This document shows, piece after piece, positions 8,345 to 18,203 of a stretch of 64,000 nt of DNA (its first letter is position 1; each line of letters starts with the position of its first letter). Source of the DNA: Candidatus Nanohaloarchaea archaeon. Lineage in GTDB: Archaea > Nanohalarchaeota > Nanosalinia > Nanosalinales > Nanosalinaceae. The position numbers and the translations under genes are program-made. The stretch lies in NCBI GenBank assembly GCA_014297435.1, contig JACOQA010000002.1, forward strand, positions 1 to 64,000, given 5' to 3'. The notes under the pieces are model-generated. The model ran no database searches. It saw nothing but the letters and a program-made list of their open reading frames with translations, and was not told the DNA's origin.

Positions 8345-8800
8345 AACTCAAAAGAAATATTCAGTAAGCCAGATAGAAAACCTGGAGCGGATGAAATCTA
8401 CTGCAGCAGTTGCGGCGAGATTATCAAGAAACAAGCTGAACTATGCCCAAACTGCGGAGTCCCAAACAAAGAATCTAAACAAGACAAAAAGAGAGAATTT
8501 GAAACCACGGTTTCCGGCGACTGGTGGATAGGCGTTGCTGCAGGCACGGCTCTCTGGACCTTTCTAGTACTGCTTGCATCGATCGACCCCGTTCAAGGAT
8601 CCCTTACAGGCTTCCTGGTTCTAACCGCCTGGATCGCTACGCCTCTGGCAGCTTACTACGACATACAGTATGTTAGGGCTAACAGCGACTGGAACCCTGA
8701 TGAAGGATTATGGATGCTTTTACTGCTTCTCTGGATAATCAACATACCCGAAGGCATCGTTTACCTCGTAAGAAGACGTGAAGCTGTCGGAACTCCTTGA
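8345..8800 (+). CDS. Zinc-ribbon + membrane protein lacking a canonical start codon (absent from ORF track; may be pseudogene)
   Basis: Manual translation: ...KPGADEIYCSSCGEIIKKQAELCPNCGVPN...WWIGVAAGTALWTFLVLL...YYDIQYVRANSDWNP...YLVRRREAVGTP*; in-frame TAA at 8342, no ATG/GTG/TTG before the Zn ribbon. Confidence 0.7.
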   Translation, partial: NSKEIFSKPDRKPGADEIYCSSCGEIIKKQAELCPNCGVPNKESKQDKKREFETTVSGDWWIGVAAGTALWTFLVLLASIDPVQGSLTGFLVLTAWIATPLAAYYDIQYVRANSDWNPDEGLWMLLLLLWIINIPEGIVYLVRRREAVGTP

Positions 8801-8837
8801 AACACTAACTTAATCCTTGCGGACAAAATTCTGATTC

Positions 8838-9533
8838 ATGGAGCCCGAAGGAGGACTTCACCGAGGAGAATCTGTCAAAACTTTCTGCAGACCTAGCCCT
8901 TGGCAGTACAGCGCATGGTACGTACTAGGCGTTCTGCTAATGCCCTTCATGTTCCTCGGTCTACCCGTAATAATTATAGCTGAACTTCATAGGAGAGGCA
9001 ACAGGTTCTACGTCACCAGCGACAGAGTTATACGCGAATTCAGGTTTCTTAGCAGAAACACTGAGGAAGCCACGTTCGACCTGGTGACAGATATTTCTAT
9101 AGATCAGAGCCTTGTGGCGAGATCTCTTAATCTAGGTAACGTGAATATCAACACTGCTTCCGGAGAAGTAATAGAGTTTACCGGAGTCAAGAAACCGAAG
9201 AACCTGAAAAACACTCTTACAAAGTCTAAACACAAGGAAAGAAACTCGGTTCAGCAGGTTGAAATGGTTAACAGCGAGGGAACCTCTTACTGTCCGGATT
9301 GCGGTGAGAAAGTTTCAAACTCCAGCAAGTTCTGCTCAAACTGCGGTCACAAACTTGAAAGCTCGGAATCCAGTTCAAACCCCGATACTGAAAAAGTGTT
9401 GAAGGGCAGCATTCCTGAGGTAAAGGATGATGTCCGGAGCATGGAGTCACCTAATATAGAGGATTTTGAGCAGAAGGAGAAGACGGGTAAGAACAGGAAG
9501 ACCCTGCTCGACTGGCTTGAAAAACAGAAATAA
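8838..9533 (+). CDS. Membrane protein with bacterial PH domain and double CxxC zinc ribbon
   Basis: TM hairpin, FYVTSDRVI...QSLVARSLNLGNVNINTA (bPH), YCPDCG...FCSNCG, C-terminal E..GKNRKTLL helical motif. Confidence 0.8.
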   Translation: MEPEGGLHRGESVKTFCRPSPWQYSAWYVLGVLLMPFMFLGLPVIIIAELHRRGNRFYVTSDRVIREFRFLSRNTEEATFDLVTDISIDQSLVARSLNLGNVNINTASGEVIEFTGVKKPKNLKNTLTKSKHKERNSVQQVEMVNSEGTSYCPDCGEKVSNSSKFCSNCGHKLESSESSSNPDTEKVLKGSIPEVKDDVRSMESPNIEDFEQKEKTGKNRKTLLDWLEKQK

Positions 9534-9619
9534 CAGTCAATAAGAACTCGATACCGGAAGCTCGAGATCTTTGAATAAACGCCACTTATTTTAATTTTCG
9601 AGTTTTAACCAGTTAATGA

Positions 9620-10096
9620 ATGTTTTTGGGTTTGGATGAGACCGCTGTTAACTATATTAGCAGGAGAAGAAAGCGTTTCATAAACGAATTTATGATTTCC
9701 TATACCTCTCTTGGTTCTGTACCTGTCTCAACAGTGCTGGCGTCACTTACATATTTTTTCAGCGGTAAAACACTTTTTATTACGCTAAGTACAGGCCTTG
9801 TGACAACTTGGATCCTGGTGGAGTCGCTAAAACAGATTGTAGATAGAAAAAGACCTTCAGACCAGGTTATAGAAGCATCAGTATCATCCTCATTTCCTTC
9901 AGGTCATTCCGCAACCGCCTTCGTATTTGCCACAATTATCGCCTTGACCTTTACCGGCATAGCACCAATTCTATACTTTTTAGCATCTCTAGTCGCCTTC
10001 TCCCGGGTTTACCTAGGCGAACACTTCCCTACTGATGTTGTAATCGGATCCGGCTTAGGAACAGCTATAGGATTCCTGACCTTACTGATGATTTAA
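9620..10096 (+). CDS. PAP2 family membrane phosphatase
   Basis: K...RKRP, SFPSGHS, SRVYLGEHFPTDV. Confidence 0.9.
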   Translation: MFLGLDETAVNYISRRRKRFINEFMISYTSLGSVPVSTVLASLTYFFSGKTLFITLSTGLVTTWILVESLKQIVDRKRPSDQVIEASVSSSFPSGHSATAFVFATIIALTFTGIAPILYFLASLVAFSRVYLGEHFPTDVVIGSGLGTAIGFLTLLMI

Positions 10097-10126
10097 CATA
10101 AGAGTCTCTGTGTAAAAAAGTCTGAT

Positions 10127-10678
10127 ATGTCGCTCAAACAGTCAGACTCAGAGCTTGAAATCGGGGAAACCGCGCCAAAGTTCGAACTCGAAAACTACAA
10201 AGGCGAGAAAGTAAATCTAGAGGACCTGAACAACTACGACGGCGTTCTAGTAGTCTTCATGTGCAACCACTGCCCCTACGTCAAGGCACAGACAGAAGAA
10301 CTGAGAAAGCTGGACGATGAATTTCAGTCAATAGCGATTGTAGCAATAAACCCGAACGCCGAGACACATCCCGGCGACTCAGTAGATAAAATGAAAGATT
10401 TCATGGAAGAAAACGATCTTGAATCCGAACACTTCTACTACCTGGTTGACGAAGAACAGCAAGTTGCTGAAGAGTACGGAGCTACATGCACACCAGACCC
10501 GTTCCTCTTGGACTGGAGGCACCGGCTCTACTACCATGGTCGTCTGAACGACAAAATGGGTCCTGACCAAGAAGTGGAGGAAAGAGACATGAAAAATGTG
10601 CTCGAGGACATGTTAAAACGGAGAGAACCCCCTAAGGAACAGAAACCAAGTCAAGGATGTTCAATAAAGTGGGATTAG
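10127..10678 (+). CDS. Thioredoxin-fold redoxin (AhpC/TSA-like)
   Basis: FMCNHCPYV, YGATCTPD, YHGRLND, SQGCSIKW. Confidence 0.9.
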   Translation: MSLKQSDSELEIGETAPKFELENYKGEKVNLEDLNNYDGVLVVFMCNHCPYVKAQTEELRKLDDEFQSIAIVAINPNAETHPGDSVDKMKDFMEENDLESEHFYYLVDEEQQVAEEYGATCTPDPFLLDWRHRLYYHGRLNDKMGPDQEVEERDMKNVLEDMLKRREPPKEQKPSQGCSIKWD

Positions 10679-10680
10679 AC

Positions 10681-11331
10681 ATGAAACTAAACTTCAAACC
10701 CGAAGATTCCGATATAGAGAAAGCTAAGAACCTGATTAGAGAAGGAATTAAGGAGGCAGAAGATGTTCTGCCGAAAGAGAAGAATCTTGACTTCGGAATA
10801 GCATGGACCGAAGATAGATTTGTGAAGCAAAACATGGGCGGTGTCAGCGGCATGGCTTGGCATCCAACGTTTATTGAACTCAAGTTCAACTCGGACGTGG
10901 AGAACTGGAAAAAGAACGTTAAGGTAACAACCGTTCATGAATTCGGGCATAGCTGGTTCTATGAAAAGATCGGTCACAACCACAACGATCAGGATCTATT
11001 GATCTGGAGATATATACTCGACGAAGCATTAACCCAAAATTTAGTGGAGAAAATCTATCCAGACTCTGTAGAAAAATGGGCTCTAAAACATACGGCAGAG
11101 GATATAAAGCCGTTCTGGGAGGAGATAAAGAAAGAAGAGCTAGATAGAGATTACAGTTACCCCGACCCACTTTACATCAACCAGTCTGAAGGCGGATATC
11201 CAAACTGGCTCGGCTACTCGATGAGCTACCTGATAGGTCAACATCTTCTTGAACAGGGATATGAACTTGAGGACTTCCCCGAGCTGGAGAAAGAGGATGT
11301 GGTTAAGGCAGGTAATAAATTGTTTGGATAA
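10681..11331 (+). CDS. DUF2268-like Zn-dependent metalloprotease
   Basis: HEFGH zincin motif, downstream DEAL, GYPNWLGYSMSY. Confidence 0.8.
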   Translation: MKLNFKPEDSDIEKAKNLIREGIKEAEDVLPKEKNLDFGIAWTEDRFVKQNMGGVSGMAWHPTFIELKFNSDVENWKKNVKVTTVHEFGHSWFYEKIGHNHNDQDLLIWRYILDEALTQNLVEKIYPDSVEKWALKHTAEDIKPFWEEIKKEELDRDYSYPDPLYINQSEGGYPNWLGYSMSYLIGQHLLEQGYELEDFPELEKEDVVKAGNKLFG

Positions 11332-11343
11332 GAACTTCGAATT

Positions 11344-11925
11344 ATGAGTTACAGGATTAAACCCTCGACAGAGGAACTGAAGAAAACCCGGAAAGCGATT
11401 TCAAGCGCTCTTGACACGTGTGAAGCTGTCTTTGAGCCGATGGACTTTGAGGTTGAGACCCTTTTCTCTACAAGAGACGAAGTTGCGGCAGCAGCAGATA
11501 TCGAAGCATTATTCGTAACTGTTGATCCGGACTCAGAGCTTTTCGAGGAACGTGTTTTCTCCGAGATTGCGCATGCCTACTCCGAGATGATTTTTTTGCG
11601 GAGAAGAGGCGAAGAACTGATGTTCGAATGGCAGGAAGTCTTGATGTACGCATTCTCCAGGCTTAACTCCCAAGCAGTCCTAGACACTGATTCAAGTCGC
11701 GTGGATGTGAACCAGGCGAAGATCGCCGAGTTCTGGGACGAAATAGAGGAAGACCTATCTGACGAGCTTGTGGAAGAAAATCGTTTGACAGAGGAGATCA
11801 AGATTAAAATCGGAGAACTTATTGCCCCTGAACTTAACGAAATCAGAGATATTGAGCATTTCCACAAGGCAAAGCGCTCAGAAGTTTTAAAGGTTGGAAA
11901 CCGTTTATTCGGTGAAGAAAAATGA
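11344..11925 (+). CDS. Degenerate paralog of the upstream metalloprotease
   Basis: Collinear similarity (FWDEI/FWEEI; VLKVGNRLFG/VVKAGNKLFG) but HExxH replaced by SEIAH. Confidence 0.6.
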   Translation: MSYRIKPSTEELKKTRKAISSALDTCEAVFEPMDFEVETLFSTRDEVAAAADIEALFVTVDPDSELFEERVFSEIAHAYSEMIFLRRRGEELMFEWQEVLMYAFSRLNSQAVLDTDSSRVDVNQAKIAEFWDEIEEDLSDELVEENRLTEEIKIKIGELIAPELNEIRDIEHFHKAKRSEVLKVGNRLFGEEK

Positions 11926-12452
11926 CAAAAGTCTTTCTCGGACGTTTTCAGCCACTCCATCTCGGACACAAGAACGTTATCGAGAACCAAGACGATCTAG
12001 TGGTTGCTGTAGGAAGTTCGGGAAAATCGGGCGAGGAAGAAAACCCCTTAAGTTTTGAACAGAGGAAAAGACTGATCAAGGACTGTTTTCCTGATGTTGA
12101 AGTCGTTGGAGTTGAAGATACTGAAGATGATGTCGAATGGCTTCGGAACTTACTCGAAAAGACTGGAGCTGACACTATTCTTTCGAGAAATTCAAATGTA
12201 AGAGCGATAGTTGAGAATTCAGATCGAGATGTCAAAGTTGTTAAGCAAGAGCTTTACGACGAGGAGATCTATTCCGGAACCGAAGTTAGAAGAAGAATAC
12301 GAAGCGGGGAAGAGTGGCGTTATCTGACACCGCCTTGTTGCAAAGAAAGCCTGGAAGAGTTCCTAGAGGATATCAAAGATTCTGGCATACAGCATGAGTT
12401 TGAGCCCGGCTGGAAACGAGAGAACGCGAGTTACGACACCGCTGAGAAATAA
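11922..12452 (+). CDS. nadM: Nicotinamide-nucleotide adenylyltransferase
   Basis: GRFQPLHLGH, ENPLSFEQR, SGTEVR. Confidence 0.85.
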   Translation: MTKVFLGRFQPLHLGHKNVIENQDDLVVAVGSSGKSGEEENPLSFEQRKRLIKDCFPDVEVVGVEDTEDDVEWLRNLLEKTGADTILSRNSNVRAIVENSDRDVKVVKQELYDEEIYSGTEVRRRIRSGEEWRYLTPPCCKESLEEFLEDIKDSGIQHEFEPGWKRENASYDTAEK

Positions 12453-12467
12453 AAAATTGTTTTAAAC

Positions 12468-13256
12468 TCATTCTTGCATTGAAATAGCTATTTCATCCAC
12501 CATATCGGTAGCTAATGCGCCTTTACCATACTTTTCAAATGCTTTCTCTCCGGCTTTTCCGTTAATCCAGCAACCAAGTCTCGCCGCCTCTTTTAGATTA
12601 AGATCCTGTGATATAAGTGAAGCGATTACACCAGTCAACATATCTCCTGTTCCGCCGACGGTCATCGCACTACAGCCTGTAATGTTTTCATAGACCATAC
12701 CTGGCGCGTATATCTTGTCTTTATTTCCCTTGACAACCACTAAAGCTTCTTTTTCATCCACAAAACTTTCTATAGAACCAAATTTTTCTTCTATAATTTC
12801 AGCTTCGCTTTTGTGCGGCGTAAAAATTGCATCTCCAAAATCCGAATTAATAGCTGGCTCAATAGCATCAGCATCGATAACAAGTGGCTTTTCAGCTCTT
12901 CCAACTATTCGTCTTACTGCTTCTTCGTCAGGTGAACCAAGCCCGGGACCCAGTACCGACACGTCCAAGTTTTGGATCACTTCTATTGCAGGTTCGACTC
13001 CGGAAAGACCAAGATTTCCCGAAGGATATGAGTTTACAATTAAATTTTCCGAGTAACCAGCCACCACGTTTTTGACGTGCTCGGAAGTAACTATCTCTAC
13101 TAGATCGGATCCTGTTCTTAACGCCGATTTTGCCGAGATTGCAGGAGCGCCAGTGTACTTTTCGGAGCCTCCAATAACCCCTACTCTTCCGTTCTGCCCT
13201 TTGTGGGTTTTCTCCGGTCTTGAAAGCTTTTTCAGAAGTTTTTCCGGTTCCTCCAT
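12468..13256 (-). CDS. nnrD: ADP/ATP-dependent NAD(P)H-hydrate dehydratase
   Basis: HKGQNG, GGS..YTGAP, GPGLG, IDADA, TPH..E, GGTGDML. Confidence 0.9.
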   Translation of the reverse strand: MEEPEKLLKKLSRPEKTHKGQNGRVGVIGGSEKYTGAPAISAKSALRTGSDLVEIVTSEHVKNVVAGYSENLIVNSYPSGNLGLSGVEPAIEVIQNLDVSVLGPGLGSPDEEAVRRIVGRAEKPLVIDADAIEPAINSDFGDAIFTPHKSEAEIIEEKFGSIESFVDEKEALVVVKGNKDKIYAPGMVYENITGCSAMTVGGTGDMLTGVIASLISQDLNLKEAARLGCWINGKAGEKAFEKYGKGALATDMVDEIAISMQE

Positions 13257-13315
13257 GCCGGCAAATTGGTTTAGGAATCCTTTTAATCCAGCGCCGCCAA
13301 TCGTTCGATGTAACC

Positions 13316-14341
13316 ATGGTAAACGTTGCAGTAAACGGTGTCGGAACGATCGGGAAAAGGGTCGCGGAAGCGGTCAAAAAACAGGAAGACATGACTCTCT
13401 ACTGTATCTCAGATGTACAGGCAACAGGACAGCTAAGGAGTATTCTATCCGAAGACGGATCCCTACACGGAACACCGCTTTACGGCTCTACCGAGGACGG
13501 AGCCCAGAATATGGCAGACGAAGGAATGCATGTTGACGGAGTTCTTGAAGACGTTATCGACGAAATCGACGTTGTAATTGATTGTACACCTCCTGGTATT
13601 GACCAGAAGAACAAAGAAAATCTTTACGAGCCTAATGACGTTAAAGCTGTGTTCCAGGGTGGCGCACCCGATGAAATAGCGGAGGTAAAGTTTAACGCGG
13701 ACGCAAACTACGAAGAAGCCAGAGGAGAGGACTTCGTTAAAGTAGTTTCTTGCAACACAACATCACTTTCAAGAACTCTAAGTGCAGTTGATGAAAGCTT
13801 TGGAATTGATAAGGTTACCGCCAACCTGGTTAGAAGAGGCGGAGACATACCTCAAGACTCCCGAGGACCTATTAACTCCACAATACCAGTAACAGAAGTT
13901 CCATCTCACCACGGACCGGATGTTCAGGCAGTTATGCCCGAACTTGATATTACAACTCTAGCAGTAAAAGTCCCTGTAACTTATGGTCACGTTCACATGG
14001 TCACTGCCGAGCTTGAAAAGGAAACCTCTGAAGAGGATGTAAAACAGGCTTTCCGCAATCAGCCCCGTGTAAACCTTGTTTCAGCAGGGGAAGGATACGA
14101 TTCAACCGGCAAAATTCATGAGAAGATGCGCGACATCGGAAGAAAGAGAAGTGATATGCAGGAAGCCGGAGTCTGGGAGGAAACAGTTTCCGTAGACGAA
14201 GAGAGGGTTCACTGGATCCACATGGTTCATCAGGAAGCGATCGTAGTTCCGGAGAACGTGGATGCGATCCGTTCAATGTTTGAGATGGAGGAAAAACAGG
14301 ATTCAATCGAGATGACAAGTAGCTCCATGGGTATCGAGTAA
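13316..14341 (+). CDS. gap: Glyceraldehyde-3-phosphate dehydrogenase, archaeal type II
   Basis: NGVGTIGKRVA, VVSCNTT, PSHHGPDV, HQEAIVVPENVDAIR; ATG 13316. Confidence 0.95.
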   Translation: MVNVAVNGVGTIGKRVAEAVKKQEDMTLYCISDVQATGQLRSILSEDGSLHGTPLYGSTEDGAQNMADEGMHVDGVLEDVIDEIDVVIDCTPPGIDQKNKENLYEPNDVKAVFQGGAPDEIAEVKFNADANYEEARGEDFVKVVSCNTTSLSRTLSAVDESFGIDKVTANLVRRGGDIPQDSRGPINSTIPVTEVPSHHGPDVQAVMPELDITTLAVKVPVTYGHVHMVTAELEKETSEEDVKQAFRNQPRVNLVSAGEGYDSTGKIHEKMRDIGRKRSDMQEAGVWEETVSVDEERVHWIHMVHQEAIVVPENVDAIRSMFEMEEKQDSIEMTSSSMGIE

Positions 14342-14373
14342 TAACTTAATTACTTCTCTCCATCTTTTTTCTT

Positions 14374-15408
14374 GTGGAAAAGAGAGTTCTCTTAGTAGGG
14401 TGGGGCTATCCCCCAAATATCGATGGCGGTCTCGACATACACATCAAGCATCTTTTCGATGAACTGAAGAAAGATGCTGAAGTCAAATTAGCAGTTCCAA
14501 AAGAAAGAGCTCCCGAAAGGGAAGATGTAATCGGATTAGAGACCGGAGATGGCGATATGATTCAGAAAGCCAGGAAAATGAGCGCAGAAGTAGCCGACCT
14601 AGCCGAAGACTTTGATATAGTACATACGCACGACTGGTTTGGTGCCGAAGCAGGCTTCAAAGCCCAAAAATACTCGAATGCCGACTGGGTTGCAACATTC
14701 CACTCCTTAAGCACCAGCAGATCAAGAAAGCCATGGGAAGAACTGAAAAGATTTGAGAACACGATGGCAGAGGAGGCAGATACTCTGACAGCAGTAAGCG
14801 ATAAACTGGCTACTGAAGTTGAGGAAGAGTACGGTAAAAAACCCAAAGTTATCCACAACGGCTTTTCAGTTCCTGAAAGCTCCGGCATAGAAGTCAAAAA
14901 CAGGCTTGGCGTGGAAGGAGACATGATTTTTTATGTCGGAAGACATTCTGAGCAGAAAGGAATTGAACACTTGCTTTATGGATTCAAGAAACTTCTCGAG
15001 ACTCAAAACGCTACAATGGTTATCGGAGGGGAGGGAGAGATGACATCTTCCCTGAAGACCTTTACCGAGATACTCGAAGTAGAGGAAAATGTAAAATTTG
15101 TAGGTTTTATCTCTGCTGAGGAGCTAGGGGACTACTACAGAGAATCTGATGTCTTTGTTTCGCCCTCGATAAATGAACCGTTCGGTCTGACAATCACTGA
15201 AGCACTAGAATCAGGAACACCTGTTGTTGCAACCACGAATGGTGTTGAAGAAATCGTCAGTTCAGGCATAATCTCTGTCGAACCCGAGTCAAATTCGATT
15301 GCTGAAGGAATAAAGAAGGCCTTGGAAAAAGATAGAGAAGTTCCTAAAGACTCAAGAGATTGGAAGGAGATGACTGAGGACTTTCTTGAGCTCTATGAAG
15401 AGTTCTAG
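14374..15408 (+). CDS. GT4 glycosyltransferase (glycogen-synthase-like)
   Basis: PPNIDGGL, HTHDW, VGR..QKG, EPFGLTITEA. Confidence 0.9.
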   Translation: MEKRVLLVGWGYPPNIDGGLDIHIKHLFDELKKDAEVKLAVPKERAPEREDVIGLETGDGDMIQKARKMSAEVADLAEDFDIVHTHDWFGAEAGFKAQKYSNADWVATFHSLSTSRSRKPWEELKRFENTMAEEADTLTAVSDKLATEVEEEYGKKPKVIHNGFSVPESSGIEVKNRLGVEGDMIFYVGRHSEQKGIEHLLYGFKKLLETQNATMVIGGEGEMTSSLKTFTEILEVEENVKFVGFISAEELGDYYRESDVFVSPSINEPFGLTITEALESGTPVVATTNGVEEIVSSGIISVEPESNSIAEGIKKALEKDREVPKDSRDWKEMTEDFLELYEEF

Positions 15409-15719
15409 ACCGTAGTATTCCCTGCTTCTTTCCAGCCTTTCAATCCGACTTCATAGTCCTTTATATTCTGAAAACCTAGCTTTTCAAGTTTCTTCGCTGC
15501 TTTCGGACTTGCTGAGCATTCTGTATCTTTACAGTAAACAACGATTTCCTCGTCCTTGTCAAATTTTTCCAGTGCCTTAGAACCTATCTCGTCAAGTGGA
15601 ATGTTAATTGCTCCTTCGATATGTTCATTTTCGAAGTGTTCTTCCGATAGAACATCAACGAGATTTACTTCTTTTTGTTCACGCATAGATTCAAGCTGTT
15701 CTGTAGTTAGTTTTTCCAT
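15405..15719 (-). CDS. Rhodanese-like domain protein
   Basis: LVDV, HIEGAINIP, VVYC, GLKGW; ATG 15719. Confidence 0.85.
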   Translation of the reverse strand: MEKLTTEQLESMREQKEVNLVDVLSEEHFENEHIEGAINIPLDEIGSKALEKFDKDEEIVVYCKDTECSASPKAAKKLEKLGFQNIKDYEVGLKGWKEAGNTTV

Positions 15720-15768
15720 GTAGAAAAACTCCGCAATCTTGGTTGATAAGTTGGCGGTTTCGAACCGG

Positions 15769-16002
15769 TTATCCCAGTACTTCGATACTGGATCGGTCGA
15801 CTTCTTCAGTATGGACAACCTTGTAACCATCTTCAGTCTCAACTAGGGATTCTACTTCTTCGACGTAGTATGTTGAGTCGGATCCTCGGGCTTCCGGAAG
15901 ATAGATTCTTTCCTCATCAGTATTCACCACCACCGCGATTTCGTCGTTGGTCCGGACATTTATCTCGGTTCCTTCCTCTACTTCCCGGGTTTGAATTTCC
16001 AT
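15769..16002 (-). CDS. Small hypothetical protein
   Basis: 77-aa acidic ORF (AVVV..ERIYLP), divergent from GH57 gene. Confidence 0.65.
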   Translation of the reverse strand: MEIQTREVEEGTEINVRTNDEIAVVVNTDEERIYLPEARGSDSTYYVEEVESLVETEDGYKVVHTEEVDRSSIEVLG

Positions 16003-16085
16003 GTAGTACAGTTCTTGAACTTCACTTTTAACCCTTCATTTTATCGCACCTGTCAGATTATAAACGACCGCGAGAATTCTCGGTT

Positions 16086-17300
16086 ATGTTACCTGTAACC
16101 CTTTCATTCGAGGTACATCAACCTCACCGCTTGAGAATTGACGGAGTAAACGAGGACGCAAACACACTCTACGGCAGATACTTTGACGACGAACAGAACG
16201 AACACTTCTTCAGGGACGTCGCCGAAAACTGCTACTTCCCAGCAACCGAGAGGCTGTTAAGAGAAGCAAAGCGAATGGAAGGAAAGGATCGACAATTGAA
16301 GGTTAACTTTTCAGTTTCCTCGAGCTGGATCGAACAAGCCAAAGAATACCATCCAGAACTTATTGATATGTTTAACCGTTTTCCTGACTCAAGCATCGAC
16401 TTTATTGGACAGGCACATTATCACTCGCTTGCAGGTCTTTTCAACGATAAGAAAGAGTACAGAAACCAGCTCAAGACTCACAGAAACATTATCGAAGACA
16501 CTTTCAACACCAAACCGCAGGTCATGACAAACACTGAACTCATCTACCACAACGAGATAGGAAAGATCAGCTCCGAAGTCGGATATGATGGAGTATTTAC
16601 GGAAGGCGTCCCAAGAATTCTGGGATGGCGTTCATCACATCACGCCTACACACAGCCAGATTTCGTGACCGAGGACGGAAATAACATACTACTCAGAGAC
16701 AGAAAGCTTACTGACGATGTGGGTTACCGTTTCTCCGCCGAATGGTGGGACGAACAGCCTTTAACCGCCGAAAAATATGCGGCTTGGCTTTCAGCATGTC
16801 AAGGTGACATGGTCAATCTTTTCATGGACTATGAAACTTTCGGGGAACACCACTGGGAAGGCACCGGAATCTTATGGTTCCTCGAAGCCTTGCCAAAAGA
16901 GGTTATGAAGCACGACGATCTCAAGTTTGCGAAGGTTCGAGAGGTCGCACAGCAGGATCCGGTAGGTCAGTTTGACGCTTTCGAATACAATACAGTTTCT
17001 TGGGCGGATCAGGAGATGGATGCATCCGCCTGGCTAGGGAACCCTATGCAGAAAATGCTTTTCGAAAAGATTCAGGAGCTTGAGTCAAAAGTAAAACAGC
17101 TTGATGACGAGAGAGTTCTTGATGTCTGGAGAAAATTCATCACGTCAGACCATCTCCACCACATCTGCACAAAAAGCTATGATGACGGTAGCGTTCACAA
17201 CTACTTCTCTTACTTTGATCATCCCCATCAAGGCTTTGCGTGTATAACCGAGCACCTTATGGACTTCCAACAACAGGTCGAAAAAAGACTCAGGAAGTAA
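16086..17300 (+). CDS. Glycoside hydrolase family 57 (alpha-amylase-like)
   Basis: FEVHQP, HYHSL, NTELIY, MDYETFGEH, SWAD..SAWLGN, TSDH. Confidence 0.9.
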   Translation: MLPVTLSFEVHQPHRLRIDGVNEDANTLYGRYFDDEQNEHFFRDVAENCYFPATERLLREAKRMEGKDRQLKVNFSVSSSWIEQAKEYHPELIDMFNRFPDSSIDFIGQAHYHSLAGLFNDKKEYRNQLKTHRNIIEDTFNTKPQVMTNTELIYHNEIGKISSEVGYDGVFTEGVPRILGWRSSHHAYTQPDFVTEDGNNILLRDRKLTDDVGYRFSAEWWDEQPLTAEKYAAWLSACQGDMVNLFMDYETFGEHHWEGTGILWFLEALPKEVMKHDDLKFAKVREVAQQDPVGQFDAFEYNTVSWADQEMDASAWLGNPMQKMLFEKIQELESKVKQLDDERVLDVWRKFITSDHLHHICTKSYDDGSVHNYFSYFDHPHQGFACITEHLMDFQQQVEKRLRK

Positions 17301-17472
17301 ATCTTGGCTTATTTGGGCATTAAACACTCCAAAAAATCTGAAACATCTAAAAATATCATATATATTATTGTAACCGCTTTTTTGTCCTCATTCAAACGCT
17401 TTCTCCAATCTAAATATAGAGTCAAAAAATACCACGGAAAAACTAACAAAAAAGAATCACAGAGACTGAATC

Positions 17473-18180
17473 ATGAGCGAAAAATATTTCGTAGAAGTTG
17501 AAAGTGAAGAATCAGTTTCGGCAGTACACCACAAAGCCGATTCGAACAAATGGATCTTTTTCTGCCACGGCTTCGGCAGTAATAAGGAAGGAAGCTACGA
17601 GAGAAGATGTGAAAGAGCTGTCAAGGAAGGATGGAACGCCGTAAGATTTGATTTCCGTGGAAACGGAGAGAGTGACGGAGAGTTCATAGACCAGACGTTA
17701 AGCTCAAAGATCAAAGATCTGGAATCAGTTATCAAATTCTTTGACCCTGAAAATTTCGTAACATTCGGAATGAGCTTCGGCGGGAAAGTGGTTTTCCATC
17801 AGGCTATAGATTCAAAGCCTAAAGCAGTGATAGGGAAATCTCCCGCCACCTACAACGACACTATGGATAAGTTTGTATCAGTAGTGAAGGAGAAAGGAAG
17901 TTACACTCATTTCGGCGAGAAAAAAATTGATGAAAGATTTGTCAAAGATCTAGAAAAATACAGTTTCGAAGAGGTGGCAGAAGAGCTATCTGTGCCGGTT
18001 GCTCTCTTCCAGGGTCGATCAGACACCACAGTTCATCCCAGATGGACATGGAAAGCAGCGCAAAACCTGAATAAAGATGTCAGAGTTGAAATGTACGAGA
18101 ATGAAAGCCATAAGATGAGCGAAGTAGCTAATGAGAGACTGCTGGATTCAATGTTCGAGTTCCTTGATCGAGTTATTTAA
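17473..18180 (+). CDS. Alpha/beta hydrolase
   Basis: CHGFGS, FDFRGNGESDG, GMSFGG nucleophile elbow, QGRSD, ESH. Confidence 0.9.
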   Translation: MSEKYFVEVESEESVSAVHHKADSNKWIFFCHGFGSNKEGSYERRCERAVKEGWNAVRFDFRGNGESDGEFIDQTLSSKIKDLESVIKFFDPENFVTFGMSFGGKVVFHQAIDSKPKAVIGKSPATYNDTMDKFVSVVKEKGSYTHFGEKKIDERFVKDLEKYSFEEVAEELSVPVALFQGRSDTTVHPRWTWKAAQNLNKDVRVEMYENESHKMSEVANERLLDSMFEFLDRVI

Positions 18181-18203
18181 TCAATGATCGGACAAATAGG
18201 TCT

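Noticed and set aside
17304-17501. 65-aa basic ORF
   Set aside because: AT-rich spacer with composition unlike the acidic proteome; overlaps the next gene
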